DNA from: a virus
Length of the DNA stretch: 64,000 bases
Virus record (IMG/VR): IMGVR_UViG_3300028394_000035
Direction: 5' to 3' (one strand)
Shown: positions 9,541 through 19,463 of the stretch, piece by piece
Layout of the letters: the number at the start of each line of letters is the position of its first letter
Position numbering within the stretch: position 1 is the first letter of the stretch
Program-made: the position numbers and the translations under genes
Notes under the pieces: model-generated
What the model was told of the DNA's origin: nothing
What the model saw: the letters and a program-made list of their open reading frames with translations, nothing else
Databases searched by the model: none

Positions 9541-11943
9541 ATGGCGGTAAATTTAGTATCTCCGGGCGTAAGGGTAAGGGAAGTCGATTTAACTATTGGA
9601 AGAATTGATGGCGTAAATGATCAAACTGGTGCAATTGTTGGTCCTTTTTCTCAAGGTCCAGTAGATTATCCAATTTTAATTGAAACAGAACAGGATTTGT
9701 TGAAATATTTCGGAAAACCATTATCTACCGATTCGCAATACGAATATTGGATGAGTGCTTCATCTTATCTTTCATATGGTGGTATTCTAAGAGTAGTTAG
9801 AACTGATGGATCAAATTTGAACAATTCAAATGCTGGCGTTTCAGCTGATTCCGTTACTCTTAAAATTAAATCTTATGAAGATTATACAAATAATTATTCT
9901 ACCGGGTCAACTTGGTATTATGGAGCAAAAAATCCAGGTTCTTGGGCAAATAATTTAAAAGTATGTGTAATTGACTCTGCCGCAGATCAAAGAGTTGCAA
10001 TTGGTACTTTTGGGTTATCGGTTGGTTTTGGTGTAACCGTTGGGGTTAATACTTCTCTTGCTGGAGTTGGATCTGCTTCAAATTTTACTGGATATTTAAG
10101 AGGAATTGTTACAAAAATTGGCAACCAAAACGTTGATGTAAAGGTTACTGATAGATACGATAATTCATCTGGTTTATCAACTAACGTATCATATTCACAA
10201 AATAGTATTAATTCTTTTCCTTCTCAATCTGGTTCTTATTTTTTCAAAACTACTTCGGGAGTTACTACATCGGTTGAAGCAAATAGATTTTTTGGTTCAG
10301 TAGGATCTGGTTCTACTGTTATTAATCCCGTATCTCTTACTCAAAATCTTCCAACTTCTGGGGTAACTGTTGGAAATCAAATTAGAACAATTACTGCAGG
10401 AATAGTAAACACTTCTACAATTGTTGGTCTTGGGACTACAACTGTTAATGGTGGCACACAAAATACAATTTTGATAAATTCTGCTTCGGCAGGAGTGGGA
10501 ACAAACGTTCAATTTGTTTCATTAGTTCCAGCAGGGACTGCATTTAACTTTGCATCAAGTGGTTCTGCTGCGATTACTGTTTCTGATTGGTATAATTTGC
10601 AAACATTAGGATTAACTAATTCTACAATATACTGGAAATCAATTGCCGAAAAACCATCTACTTCCCAATATGCATCAGAAAGAAATTCAAAAAATGATGA
10701 AATTCACGTATTAGTTGTCGATGATACTGGTAGCGTGACCGGGATTTCAGGAAATATTCTTGAAAAATATACACACCTTTCTAAGGCATTAGATGGCAAA
10801 ATATCTCCATCAGAAGTTGTATATTATAAAGATTTAATTGCAGATGTATCAAATTACATTTATGCCGGATTTGCTCCTACTGGTTCTGCTACTGATTTTA
10901 CAACATATACTGGTTATACCAATACAAGTACGGGAAACTGGGGCACTAATGCCCAAAGCACTTCATTTGCAGGAATTGGAAATGTAACTTACAATTTAAC
11001 TGGTGGTGTTGATTATAGTTCAACTGGGGGAATGGCACCGACATTTGGAGATATTATTTCATCTTATGAAATTTTCAGAAATCCTGCTGAGTATTCAATC
11101 AATTTTCTGATTAATGGTCCATCTAGTGGTGCTTCAATTTTTGAAGCACAGTCAAAAGCAAATACTTTAATTTCAATTGCCGAAGAAAGAAAAGATTGTA
11201 TAGCTGTTATTTCTCCATACAAATCTGGAGTATTGAACATCACAAGCACCGATACACAAACTACAAATATTATTAATTTCTTTGATCCCATAATATCAAG
11301 TTCCTATGCAGTTTTTGATACTGGATATAAGTATACATTTGATCGCTTCAATAATACATTTAGATACATACCTTGCAATGCAGATGTTGCTGGATTGATG
11401 GCTAGAACATCAATCAACCAATTCCCGTGGTTCTCTCCTGCTGGTTCTTCAAGAGGAGCAATTAGTAATGCTGTGAAACTTGCATACAATCCATCACAAG
11501 GTCAAAGAGACCTTCTATATCCAAAAAGAATTAATCCAATTATCTATTCACCTGGTTCTGGAATTATTCTTTTTGGTGACAAAACTGCTTTATCTTATGC
11601 TTCTGCATTTGATAGAATTAATGTTCGTCGTTTATTCCTTACGCTCGAAGAAACAATCGAAAGAGCAGCAAGAGCACAACTATTTGAGTTTAATGATGTA
11701 ATTACTAGATCCAATTTTATCAATATTGTCGAACCTTATCTTCGTGATGTAAAAGCAAAAAGAGGAATGAGTGACTTCTTAGTTATCTGTGATGAGACAA
11801 ATAATACTCCAGACATAATTGATGCAAATCAATTTAGAGCTGATATTTTCGTAAAACCAGCAAGATCTATCAACTTCATCGGTCTTACATTTGTTGCTAC
11901 TCGCACAGGTGTAAGTTTTGAAGAAGTCGTAGGCACAGTTTAA
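9541..11943 (+). CDS. gp18: tail sheath protein gp18
   Basis: LVSPGVRVREVDLT start, FSPAGSSRG, FDRINVRRLF, KPARSINFIGLTFVATRTGVSFEE end. Confidence 0.98.
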   Translation: MAVNLVSPGVRVREVDLTIGRIDGVNDQTGAIVGPFSQGPVDYPILIETEQDLLKYFGKPLSTDSQYEYWMSASSYLSYGGILRVVRTDGSNLNNSNAGVSADSVTLKIKSYEDYTNNYSTGSTWYYGAKNPGSWANNLKVCVIDSAADQRVAIGTFGLSVGFGVTVGVNTSLAGVGSASNFTGYLRGIVTKIGNQNVDVKVTDRYDNSSGLSTNVSYSQNSINSFPSQSGSYFFKTTSGVTTSVEANRFFGSVGSGSTVINPVSLTQNLPTSGVTVGNQIRTITAGIVNTSTIVGLGTTTVNGGTQNTILINSASAGVGTNVQFVSLVPAGTAFNFASSGSAAITVSDWYNLQTLGLTNSTIYWKSIAEKPSTSQYASERNSKNDEIHVLVVDDTGSVTGISGNILEKYTHLSKALDGKISPSEVVYYKDLIADVSNYIYAGFAPTGSATDFTTYTGYTNTSTGNWGTNAQSTSFAGIGNVTYNLTGGVDYSSTGGMAPTFGDIISSYEIFRNPAEYSINFLINGPSSGASIFEAQSKANTLISIAEERKDCIAVISPYKSGVLNITSTDTQTTNIINFFDPIISSSYAVFDTGYKYTFDRFNNTFRYIPCNADVAGLMARTSINQFPWFSPAGSSRGAISNAVKLAYNPSQGQRDLLYPKRINPIIYSPGSGIILFGDKTALSYASAFDRINVRRLFLTLEETIERAARAQLFEFNDVITRSNFINIVEPYLRDVKAKRGMSDFLVICDETNNTPDIIDANQFRADIFVKPARSINFIGLTFVATRTGVSFEEVVGTV

Positions 11944-11962
11944 CACAAAGAGGTAACAAAAA

Positions 11963-12634
11963 ATGGCTACTAACTCCAATTCTTTTACTGGCGGATCCCA
12001 AACCCCAAATAGTAGAACTTTAAATGAGTTCAAAAGTAGAATGTCTGGGGGAGGAGTAAGATCTAATTTATTTGAATGCGAAATTACTTTTCCTTCTGAG
12101 GTTTATAGTGCGACTCATACTGGAAATCAAAGCGATCTTTCAGATAAAACTAGATTTTTAATTAAAGCAGCAAATCTTCCTGCATCTACTTTGGGTATTA
12201 TTGATATTCCATTTAGAGGAAGAAATCTTAAAATTGCTGGTGATCGCACATTTGATCCTTGGACGATTACTGTAATTAATGATAACGATTTCCACATTCG
12301 AAATGCTTTCGAAAGATGGATCAATTATATGAATAAAAACGAAGATGCTGCTGGAAAAATTGATCCGAATACTTATCAACAAGATGCAATTATATATCAA
12401 CTTGGAAGAGCAAACCTTACCGGTTCAACTCCAACAACTGATACTCAAATACCTATACTAAAACAGTATAAATTTTATGGGGTATTTCCAACTGCTATAA
12501 GTGCAATTGATGTTTCTTATGATTCTTCAGATACAATTGAAGAATTTACAGTAGATTTGCAAGTCCAATGGTGGGATGCTCTTGATAATACTGGTACTTC
12601 TCAACTTGGCACATCGAAACAAACAACACCATAA
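11963..12634 (+). CDS. gp19: tail tube protein gp19
   Basis: GGGVRSNLFE, FRGRNLKIAGDRTFDPWTITVIND, IEEFTVDLQVQWW. Confidence 0.97.
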   Translation: MATNSNSFTGGSQTPNSRTLNEFKSRMSGGGVRSNLFECEITFPSEVYSATHTGNQSDLSDKTRFLIKAANLPASTLGIIDIPFRGRNLKIAGDRTFDPWTITVINDNDFHIRNAFERWINYMNKNEDAAGKIDPNTYQQDAIIYQLGRANLTGSTPTTDTQIPILKQYKFYGVFPTAISAIDVSYDSSDTIEEFTVDLQVQWWDALDNTGTSQLGTSKQTTP

Positions 12635-12660
12635 ATAGTAGAAACTATTTTATTTTATTG

Positions 12661-14343
12661 ATGTCTAAGTTGTTTGGGTTCAAAATACAAGATACTGGAG
12701 TAGATAAGTCAAAAAAACTTGTTTCTCCAGTTCCTCCTAATGAAGAAGATAAATCTGATTATTACATTCAAAGTGGTTTTTATGGGCAATATGTAGATAT
12801 TGAAGGTGTTTATAAGAATGAACAAGATCTTGTAAAAAGATATCGTGAAATGGCTTTACACCCAGAATGTGATAGTGCGATTGAAGATGTCGTAAATGAA
12901 GCTATTGTATCAGATTTGAATGATTCACCAGTAGAAATCGAACTTTCAAATCTTCCAGCATCAGACAAATTAAAACAAATTATTCGTGATGAATTTAAAT
13001 CCATTAAAGAAATTATGGATTTTGATAGAAAAGCACACGAAATTTTTAGAAATTGGTACGTAGATGGAAAGATTTTTTACCATAAAGTAATTGACTTAAA
13101 AAATCCTTCTGCTGGAATTCAAGAAATTAGATATATTGATCCAATTAAAATTCGTTTTATTCGTAAGGCAGAACAAACTGGACAAAATGCAAATTTTCCA
13201 GCATCATCAAGTAGAAGTAACGAACCAATAGATATTCATCAAGCACCAAAAATAGAAGAATATTATCTTTATGATCCAAATTCTTCTATTGGATCAAGTG
13301 GATCAATCTCTTTTCGCAATGATGCAAAAAGTGTAAAAATTGCAAAAGATGCTATTACCTATGTAACATCAGGTCTTGTAGATCGAAATAAGCAAACTAT
13401 TTTATCTTATCTTCATAAATCAATTAAAGCACTCAATCAATTGAGAATGATTGAAGATAGCCTTGTGATTTATAGACTTTCTAGAGCACCAGAAAGAAGA
13501 ATATTTTATATTGATGTCGGCAATCTTCCAAAAATTAAAGCAGAACAATATCTTCGTGATGTGATGAATCGTTATCGAAATAAGTTAGTTTATAATGCAG
13601 ATACAGGAGAGATTAAAGATGATCGCAAATATATGGCTATGTTGGAAGATTTCTGGTTACCACGAAGAGAGGGTGGAAGAGGAACTGAAATTACTACACT
13701 TCCAGGCGGACAAAATCTTGGAGAACTTGCTGATATTGAATATTTTCAAAAGAAACTTTACAAATCGTTAAATGTACCTTCAAGTCGAATCGATGTTGGT
13801 GGTGGTGGTTTCAATCTTGGCCGTTCATCTGAAATTTTAAGAGATGAACTTAAATTTACTAGATTTGTAGGAAGACTTAGAAAAAGATTTTCAGAAGTCT
13901 TTAATGATATGCTAAAAACACAATTGATTTTGAAAAATATAGTTACACTACAAGATTGGGAAGTTTTGAGAGAGCATATTCAATATGATTATGTTTATGA
14001 TAATCATTTTTCGGATCTAAAAGAAAATGAACTTCGCAATGATCAACTTGGGGTTGTTGCTGCAATGGAACCTTATATTGGTAAATACTTTTCAGCACAA
14101 TACATCAGATCAAAAGTATTAAAGCAATCTGATGGACAAATGAAAGAAATTGATGCTCAAATTCAAAAAGAAATTAAAGAAGGAATTATTCCAGATCCAA
14201 ATCAACCAATTGACCCAACTACTGGAATGCCGATGCAATCTTCTCCCAACGAAATGAATTTAGGGCAACCAATAATGGAACCAGATTTAGAAAAACAAGG
14301 AAAAGCAGCAGAAATTGAAATGCCGAAAGGTGGAGAGATATAA
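12661..14343 (+). CDS. gp20: portal protein gp20
   Basis: YRLSRAPERRIFYIDVGNLPK and EDFWLPRREGGRGTEITTLPGG motifs; ATG at 12661 preferred over TTG at 12658. Confidence 0.98.
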   Translation: MSKLFGFKIQDTGVDKSKKLVSPVPPNEEDKSDYYIQSGFYGQYVDIEGVYKNEQDLVKRYREMALHPECDSAIEDVVNEAIVSDLNDSPVEIELSNLPASDKLKQIIRDEFKSIKEIMDFDRKAHEIFRNWYVDGKIFYHKVIDLKNPSAGIQEIRYIDPIKIRFIRKAEQTGQNANFPASSSRSNEPIDIHQAPKIEEYYLYDPNSSIGSSGSISFRNDAKSVKIAKDAITYVTSGLVDRNKQTILSYLHKSIKALNQLRMIEDSLVIYRLSRAPERRIFYIDVGNLPKIKAEQYLRDVMNRYRNKLVYNADTGEIKDDRKYMAMLEDFWLPRREGGRGTEITTLPGGQNLGELADIEYFQKKLYKSLNVPSSRIDVGGGGFNLGRSSEILRDELKFTRFVGRLRKRFSEVFNDMLKTQLILKNIVTLQDWEVLREHIQYDYVYDNHFSDLKENELRNDQLGVVAAMEPYIGKYFSAQYIRSKVLKQSDGQMKEIDAQIQKEIKEGIIPDPNQPIDPTTGMPMQSSPNEMNLGQPIMEPDLEKQGKAAEIEMPKGGEI

Positions 14344-14346
14344 ATA
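14339..14346 (+). promoter_or_regulatory. T4-type late promoter (TATAAATA)
   Basis: Exact consensus upstream of the small acidic prohead gene. Confidence 0.8.
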
Positions 14347-14374
14347 GTTCTTAGTTATTATACATTATAAAAAT

Positions 14375-14578
14375 ATGGAAGATTTAGTAGATATGATTGT
14401 TACTGATGATTCCCCTTCACAAATTGCAGACAGAATTAAAGATATTCTGTTTGCAAAAAGTGCCGGAAGAGTAGAAGACGCAAAACCTTATGTTGCTTCT
14501 AGTCTTTTTGGTGAAGAGGATTCGGAGACATATGAAGAAGGTGATGACGAATACGAAGAAGATGAGGAAGAAGTCTAA
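14375..14578 (+). CDS. small acidic prohead core protein (gp67-like position)
   Basis: 67 aa with a very acidic C-terminus, directly after the portal gene. Confidence 0.7.
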   Translation: MEDLVDMIVTDDSPSQIADRIKDILFAKSAGRVEDAKPYVASSLFGEEDSETYEEGDDEYEEDEEEV

Positions 14579-15099
14579 TGGCTTTTAGAATTGTACAAAC
14601 AGTTAATGCTGTTAGTGTTTCTGCTGCAGCAACAACAACATCTAATGCAATTTCTCTTCAATCTGGATATCTTCGTGTTTCTTGTGGGTCAACTGCTGCT
14701 TATATTCAGATTTCTGAAAATCCAGTAGCAACTGCAAATGATTTTATGATTGTTCCAAATAGTGCTGATGTTTTGAAACAAAGAGTTGCAAGACAAAGAA
14801 TTTCAGGAATTACTACAGGAGCAACAACAGTTGTCGAATTTGGTGAAAATAACGGAAATCCATTTATAGTGGGTGATTATGTAACAATCTCTGGTGGTTC
14901 TCCCGCTGGAGTAAATACATCACATACACAAGTTACTGCGTCAAATGCATCATCAATTACACTAGGTTGGAATAGTTCCACTGTAACTGGAATTGCAGTC
15001 ACAAATGCAATTATATCTAGAAGTGTAAAAGTTTCTGTTTTTTCTCCCGCAGCAACAACTGTAAGTATTGCAGAAGTCCAAACCGCATCAGTAACCTAA
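14578..15099 (+). CDS. hypothetical virion structural protein
   Basis: 173 aa, Ser/Thr/Val-rich beta-type composition, inside the head operon. Confidence 0.75.
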   Translation: MAFRIVQTVNAVSVSAAATTTSNAISLQSGYLRVSCGSTAAYIQISENPVATANDFMIVPNSADVLKQRVARQRISGITTGATTVVEFGENNGNPFIVGDYVTISGGSPAGVNTSHTQVTASNASSITLGWNSSTVTGIAVTNAIISRSVKVSVFSPAATTVSIAEVQTASVT

Positions 15100-15100
15100 A

Positions 15101-15751
15101 ATGAAACTCATCACAGAAGAAGTACAAAAAGTCAATTTCATCACTGAAGGAAGGGGTGCTTCCAAAAAAATGTTTATTGAAGGAACATTTCTTCAAGGTG
15201 GTGTTAAAAATCGTAACAATAGAGAATACCCAATCCATATTTTAGAACGTGAAGTGAACAGATATAATGAAACATTTGTTCAAAAAGGTCGTGCTCTTGG
15301 TGAACTTGGGCATCCTGATGGACCAACTGTAAATTTGGATCGTGTTTCTCATATGATTACTTCACTTGTTCGTGAAGGAAATAATTTTAAGGGAAGAGCA
15401 CAACTTTTATCTACACCAATGGGCAAAATTGCACAATCACTGATTGGCGAAGGTGTAACTCTTGGAGTTTCTTCTCGTGGTGTTGGTTCATTGCTCCAAA
15501 CAAATGAAGGACATAAAATTGTTGGTGAAGACTTTATGCTTGCAACTGCTGCTGATCTTGTTGCTGACCCATCTGCACCTGATGCATTTGTTCAGGGCAT
15601 TATGGAAGGTAAGGAATGGTGTTGGGATGGTGGAATTCTAAAAGAACAGGCAGCAAAAAAAACATACAAGAGAATCAATACTCTTGTAGATCAAAAAATT
15701 CTTGATGAACACAAAGTGAATTTATTTCAAGAATTTCTATCAAATCTTTAA
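15101..15751 (+). CDS. gp21: prohead protease gp21
   Basis: ALGELGHPDGPTVNLDRVSH and GVSSRGVGSL catalytic motifs. Confidence 0.97.
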   Translation: MKLITEEVQKVNFITEGRGASKKMFIEGTFLQGGVKNRNNREYPIHILEREVNRYNETFVQKGRALGELGHPDGPTVNLDRVSHMITSLVREGNNFKGRAQLLSTPMGKIAQSLIGEGVTLGVSSRGVGSLLQTNEGHKIVGEDFMLATAADLVADPSAPDAFVQGIMEGKEWCWDGGILKEQAAKKTYKRINTLVDQKILDEHKVNLFQEFLSNL

Positions 15752-15753
15752 AT

Positions 15754-15761
15754 TATAAATA
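15754..15761 (+). promoter_or_regulatory. T4-type late promoter (TATAAATA)
   Basis: Exact consensus upstream of gp22. Confidence 0.85.
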
Positions 15762-15797
15762 AATATAGATTTAACATAGGTAAATCGGAGAGTTCAA

Positions 15798-16982
15798 ATG
15801 TCCCGTGGTAAAAACTTACAAGAAATGGAAACAGGCACAACCCAATCTCGCACTGCCGTAAATGCAAATGCAAAGGCAGCAGAACCAATGCAAAAGTTAA
15901 GTACAGGTATTGCTCCTGGTCAAACTGGTAATTGGGAAGACCTCGGTGGACCAACACCAGAGAATTATCGTTCCGATGATGATTCTGCAAAACTCATCAC
16001 TCCTACCGGAACACTTAAGTCCGTAAAGAATGTTGTGACTAAAGGTGCTAAATCTGCAGAAGCAATGCAGAAAATGAAAGAAGCAATTGAAGCACTCGAA
16101 GAAGATGAAGAACTTCTAGAAGCCAAACATAAAAATGATGATGAAGAATCTGAAGATGAAGAATCTGAAGATGAAGAATCGGAAGGTGACGAATCTGAAG
16201 ATGAAGATGATGACGAAGAAGAAGATAAAAAGAAAAAGAAAAAGAAAGTAGAAGAATCTATTAACATTGAAGAAGATGTTGATGCTCTTCTTGCTGGTGA
16301 AGATCTCTCCGAAGAGTTTAGAGAGAAAGCAAAACTTATTTTTGAAACAGCAATTAATGCTAAAATTTCAGAAATTTATGAATCATTAGAAGAGCATTAT
16401 GAATCCAAACTTCTTGAAGAAGTTGATTCAATGAAAGGTCAACTTGTAGAAAGAGTCGATGCATACCTTGAGTATGTTGCCGATGAATGGCTGCAAGAAA
16501 ATGCTCTTATTGTAGAGCAAGGTCTCAAGACCGAGATGACCGAATCATTCCTACAAGGAATGAAAGGTCTTTTTGAAGATCATTATGTAACAATCCCTGA
16601 CGATAAATATAATGTTCTTGAGAGTATGGTAGATAAACTTGATGAAATGGAGACAAAACTCAACGAGCAAATTGAAAGAAATGTTGCTCTAAATCAAAGA
16701 TTAGCAGAGTCGGTTGCCGATGTTATTTTTTCTGATATCACTGAGGGTTTAGCGACTTCTCAGAAAGATAAACTCGCTTCTCTTGCTGAAAATGTTGAGT
16801 TTGATAGTGAAGCAAACTATCGTGAGAAACTAGTAACTTTAAAGGAATCTTATTTCCCAAGAAACACTAGTGCTCAAAGAGATTATTCAGAGACATTATC
16901 TGAAGAAACAAATTACAATGAACCAGTTTCTGGTGTAATGGGATCGTATCTTCAGACTCTGAGCCGAGTTTCTAAAAAGTGA
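15798..16982 (+). CDS. gp22: prohead scaffold protein gp22
   Basis: DVDALLAGEDLSEEFREKAKLIFETA and VDAYLEYVADEW motifs; lies between gp21 and gp23. Confidence 0.95.
   Translation: MSRGKNLQEMETGTTQSRTAVNANAKAAEPMQKLSTGIAPGQTGNWEDLGGPTPENYRSDDDSAKLITPTGTLKSVKNVVTKGAKSAEAMQKMKEAIEALEEDEELLEAKHKNDDEESEDEESEDEESEGDESEDEDDDEEEDKKKKKKKVEESINIEEDVDALLAGEDLSEEFREKAKLIFETAINAKISEIYESLEEHYESKLLEEVDSMKGQLVERVDAYLEYVADEWLQENALIVEQGLKTEMTESFLQGMKGLFEDHYVTIPDDKYNVLESMVDKLDEMETKLNEQIERNVALNQRLAESVADVIFSDITEGLATSQKDKLASLAENVEFDSEANYREKLVTLKESYFPRNTSAQRDYSETLSEETNYNEPVSGVMGSYLQTLSRVSKK
16140..16199 (+). repeat. four imperfect 15-bp coding tandem repeats (GATGAAGAATCTGAA) in gp22
   Basis: Encode DEESE-DEESE-DEESE-GDESE. 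Confidence 0.85.
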
Positions 16983-17030
16983 TTTTTAAATCATAAATCA
17001 AACTAACAATTTCCAAAAGAGGTAAAACAA

Positions 17031-18419
17031 ATGCAAATGTTCGATGGAGAACGTCTGCAGGAGAAGTGGGCACCACTACTTAATTATGAGGGTCTTGATT
17101 CAATCAAGGACTCACATCGCAGAATGGTAACCGCAGTCCTGTTAGAAAATCAAGAAAAGTTTTTAAGAGAGGAAAATCAATTCCTTTATGAAGCACCAAC
17201 AATGGCCGCAGGGTCTGGTGGTTTCAGTGGTTCTTCTACTGCAACCGGTCCTGTAGCAGGTTTCGATCCAGTTCTAATTAGCCTAATTCGTCGTTCTATG
17301 CCTAACTTGGTCGCTTATGACCTTGCTGGCGTACAACCAATGAATGGTCCTACTGGACTTATCTTCGCAATGCGTTCACGTTATACTAATCAATCGGGAT
17401 CTGAAGCACTCTTCAACGAAGCAGATACTTCATTCTCCGGTCAAGATTCCGGTTTTGATGTTACTTCAGGTTTCACTGATGGCGCAGCTGGTTTCGGTAC
17501 TACTTCAAACCCAGCAGGAACCAATCCTGGACTTTTGAATCCAGTTGGAACTGCTGCAACTAATACCTATGCTACTGGTCAAGCAATGGGTACTGCTTCT
17601 GCTGAAGCACTTGGAGATGCAGCTGGTAACCAGTTCAATGAAATGGCTTTCTCAATCGAGAAAGTTACTGTTACTGCAAAGTCACGCGCTCTGAAAGCCG
17701 AGTATTCACTTGAGCTTGCACAAGACCTCAAGGCAATTCACGGACTAAATGCTGAAGCGGAATTGGCAAACATTCTCTCCACTGAGATTCTTGCTGAAAT
17801 TAACCGTGAAGTAATTCGTACCGTTTATAAAATTGCCGAGCAAGGTGCTGCTGTTAATACCGCTACTGCTGGTATTTTCGACCTCGATGTGGATTCAAAC
17901 GGACGTTGGTCCGTTGAGAAGTTCAAAGGTCTTTTATTCCAAATCGAGCGCGATGCAAACGCAATCGCACAAAGAACTCGTAGAGGAAAGGGTAATATGA
18001 TTCTCTGCTCTGCTGACGTTGCTTCGGCACTCACAATGGCAGGTGTTCTTGATTATACCCCAGCACTCAATGCAAACTTGAATGTTGATGATACCGGCAA
18101 CACTTTTGCTGGTGTTCTTCAAGGCAAGTATCGTGTATATATTGACCCATATGCTGCTAACGTATCTGCTAATCAGTACTACGTTGTAGGATATAAAGGT
18201 TCTTCGCCTTATGATGCAGGACTCTTCTATTGTCCTTATGTGCCCCTCCAAATGGTTCGTGCCGTTGGTGAGAACACCTTCCAGCCAAAAATCGGGTTCA
18301 AGACTCGTTATGGTATGGTTGCTAATCCATTCGCTGAGGGTACTGCTCAGGGTTCTGGTCGTCTTCTTGCTAATGCAAACCGTTACTACCGTCGTGTGCG
18401 TGTAGACAATTTAATGTAA
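17031..18419 (+). CDS. gp23: major capsid protein gp23
   Basis: FDPVLISLIRRSMPNL, AKSRALKAEYSLELAQDLKAIHGL, FQPKIGFKTRYG. Confidence 0.99.
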   Translation: MQMFDGERLQEKWAPLLNYEGLDSIKDSHRRMVTAVLLENQEKFLREENQFLYEAPTMAAGSGGFSGSSTATGPVAGFDPVLISLIRRSMPNLVAYDLAGVQPMNGPTGLIFAMRSRYTNQSGSEALFNEADTSFSGQDSGFDVTSGFTDGAAGFGTTSNPAGTNPGLLNPVGTAATNTYATGQAMGTASAEALGDAAGNQFNEMAFSIEKVTVTAKSRALKAEYSLELAQDLKAIHGLNAEAELANILSTEILAEINREVIRTVYKIAEQGAAVNTATAGIFDLDVDSNGRWSVEKFKGLLFQIERDANAIAQRTRRGKGNMILCSADVASALTMAGVLDYTPALNANLNVDDTGNTFAGVLQGKYRVYIDPYAANVSANQYYVVGYKGSSPYDAGLFYCPYVPLQMVRAVGENTFQPKIGFKTRYGMVANPFAEGTAQGSGRLLANANRYYRRVRVDNLM

Positions 18420-18438
18420 GTCTTTCTTACATATATTC

Positions 18439-18465
18439 AAGGGTCCCAATTGGGGCCCTTTTTTT
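18439..18465 (+). terminator. rho-independent terminator after gp23
   Basis: AAGGGTCCCA-ATT-GGGGCCCTT hairpin followed by a T-run. Confidence 0.85.
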
Positions 18466-18483
18466 ATCTAAATACAAATAAAA

Positions 18484-19032
18484 ATGTCGCAATCACCTTG
18501 GGCAAAGCAAATATCAAATCGTAATTATCTATCTCCTGCTGGATTTAAATTTTCAATTACAAAAATACCAAAGGTTGATTTTTTTTCTAATTCTGCTCAA
18601 GTGCCTGGAATTAATCTTGGTGTTGCAATGCAACCAACATATCTTAAAGATATTCCGGTTCCAGGTGATAAATTAACTTATGATGATTTTTCTTTAGAAT
18701 TTTTTGTAGATGAAAATTTAGAAAATTATCTTCAAGTACATAATTGGTTAAGAGGTCTTGGATATCCAAATAGTATTCAAGAATTTATAGATTTAAAAGC
18801 AGAAGATGAGTATTTTCCAAATACATCTGTAAAAAATTCATTTAATGAATATTCAGATGCAACATTAAAAATTTATAATAGCAACTTTAATCCAATTGTT
18901 GATATTCATTTTAAAGATATGTTTCCTGTAAGTTTATCTACGATTAAATTTGATTCAAAATCTACAGATATTAACTATGTTATAGCAGAGGTTAGTTTTA
19001 AGTATTCTATATATGACATAGTTGTTTTGTAG
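18484..19032 (+). CDS. gp3: tail completion protein gp3
   Basis: NYLSPAGFKF and PVPGDKLTYDDFSLEFFVDENLENY motifs; follows gp23. Confidence 0.9.
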   Translation: MSQSPWAKQISNRNYLSPAGFKFSITKIPKVDFFSNSAQVPGINLGVAMQPTYLKDIPVPGDKLTYDDFSLEFFVDENLENYLQVHNWLRGLGYPNSIQEFIDLKAEDEYFPNTSVKNSFNEYSDATLKIYNSNFNPIVDIHFKDMFPVSLSTIKFDSKSTDINYVIAEVSFKYSIYDIVVL

Positions 19033-19034
19033 TT

Positions 19035-19463
19035 ATGAATCTTGATGAAATACAATCATTATGGGAAGAAGATGCAAAGATAGATCCAGATAATTTGCAC
19101 ACAGAATCCATTAAAATACCTTCACTTCACGCAAAATATTATAAGATTTATAATAATATTCTTCTTCTAAAAAAACTAGAAGAAAATAAATTTAAGATAA
19201 TTAAAAAAAATAAATGGATGTATTTTTCAGGAAAAGCAGAACCAGAAGTTTATAGAGAACATCCATTTGATTATAAGGTATTAAGACAAGATATAGATAA
19301 GTATATGGATGCAGATGAAGAAATTTTAAAATCTATATCCAAAATAGAATATTATCAAACAATGTTAAATTATTTGGATAGTATTCTCAAAACAATATTA
19401 AATAGAACTTATCAAATCAAAAATAGTATTGAATTTCTTAAATTCACGGCAGGATATGACTGA
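19035..19463 (+). CDS. uvsY: recombination mediator UvsY
   Basis: IDPDNLHTESIKIPSLHAKY and RTYQIKNSIEF motifs. Confidence 0.92.
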   Translation: MNLDEIQSLWEEDAKIDPDNLHTESIKIPSLHAKYYKIYNNILLLKKLEENKFKIIKKNKWMYFSGKAEPEVYREHPFDYKVLRQDIDKYMDADEEILKSISKIEYYQTMLNYLDSILKTILNRTYQIKNSIEFLKFTAGYD

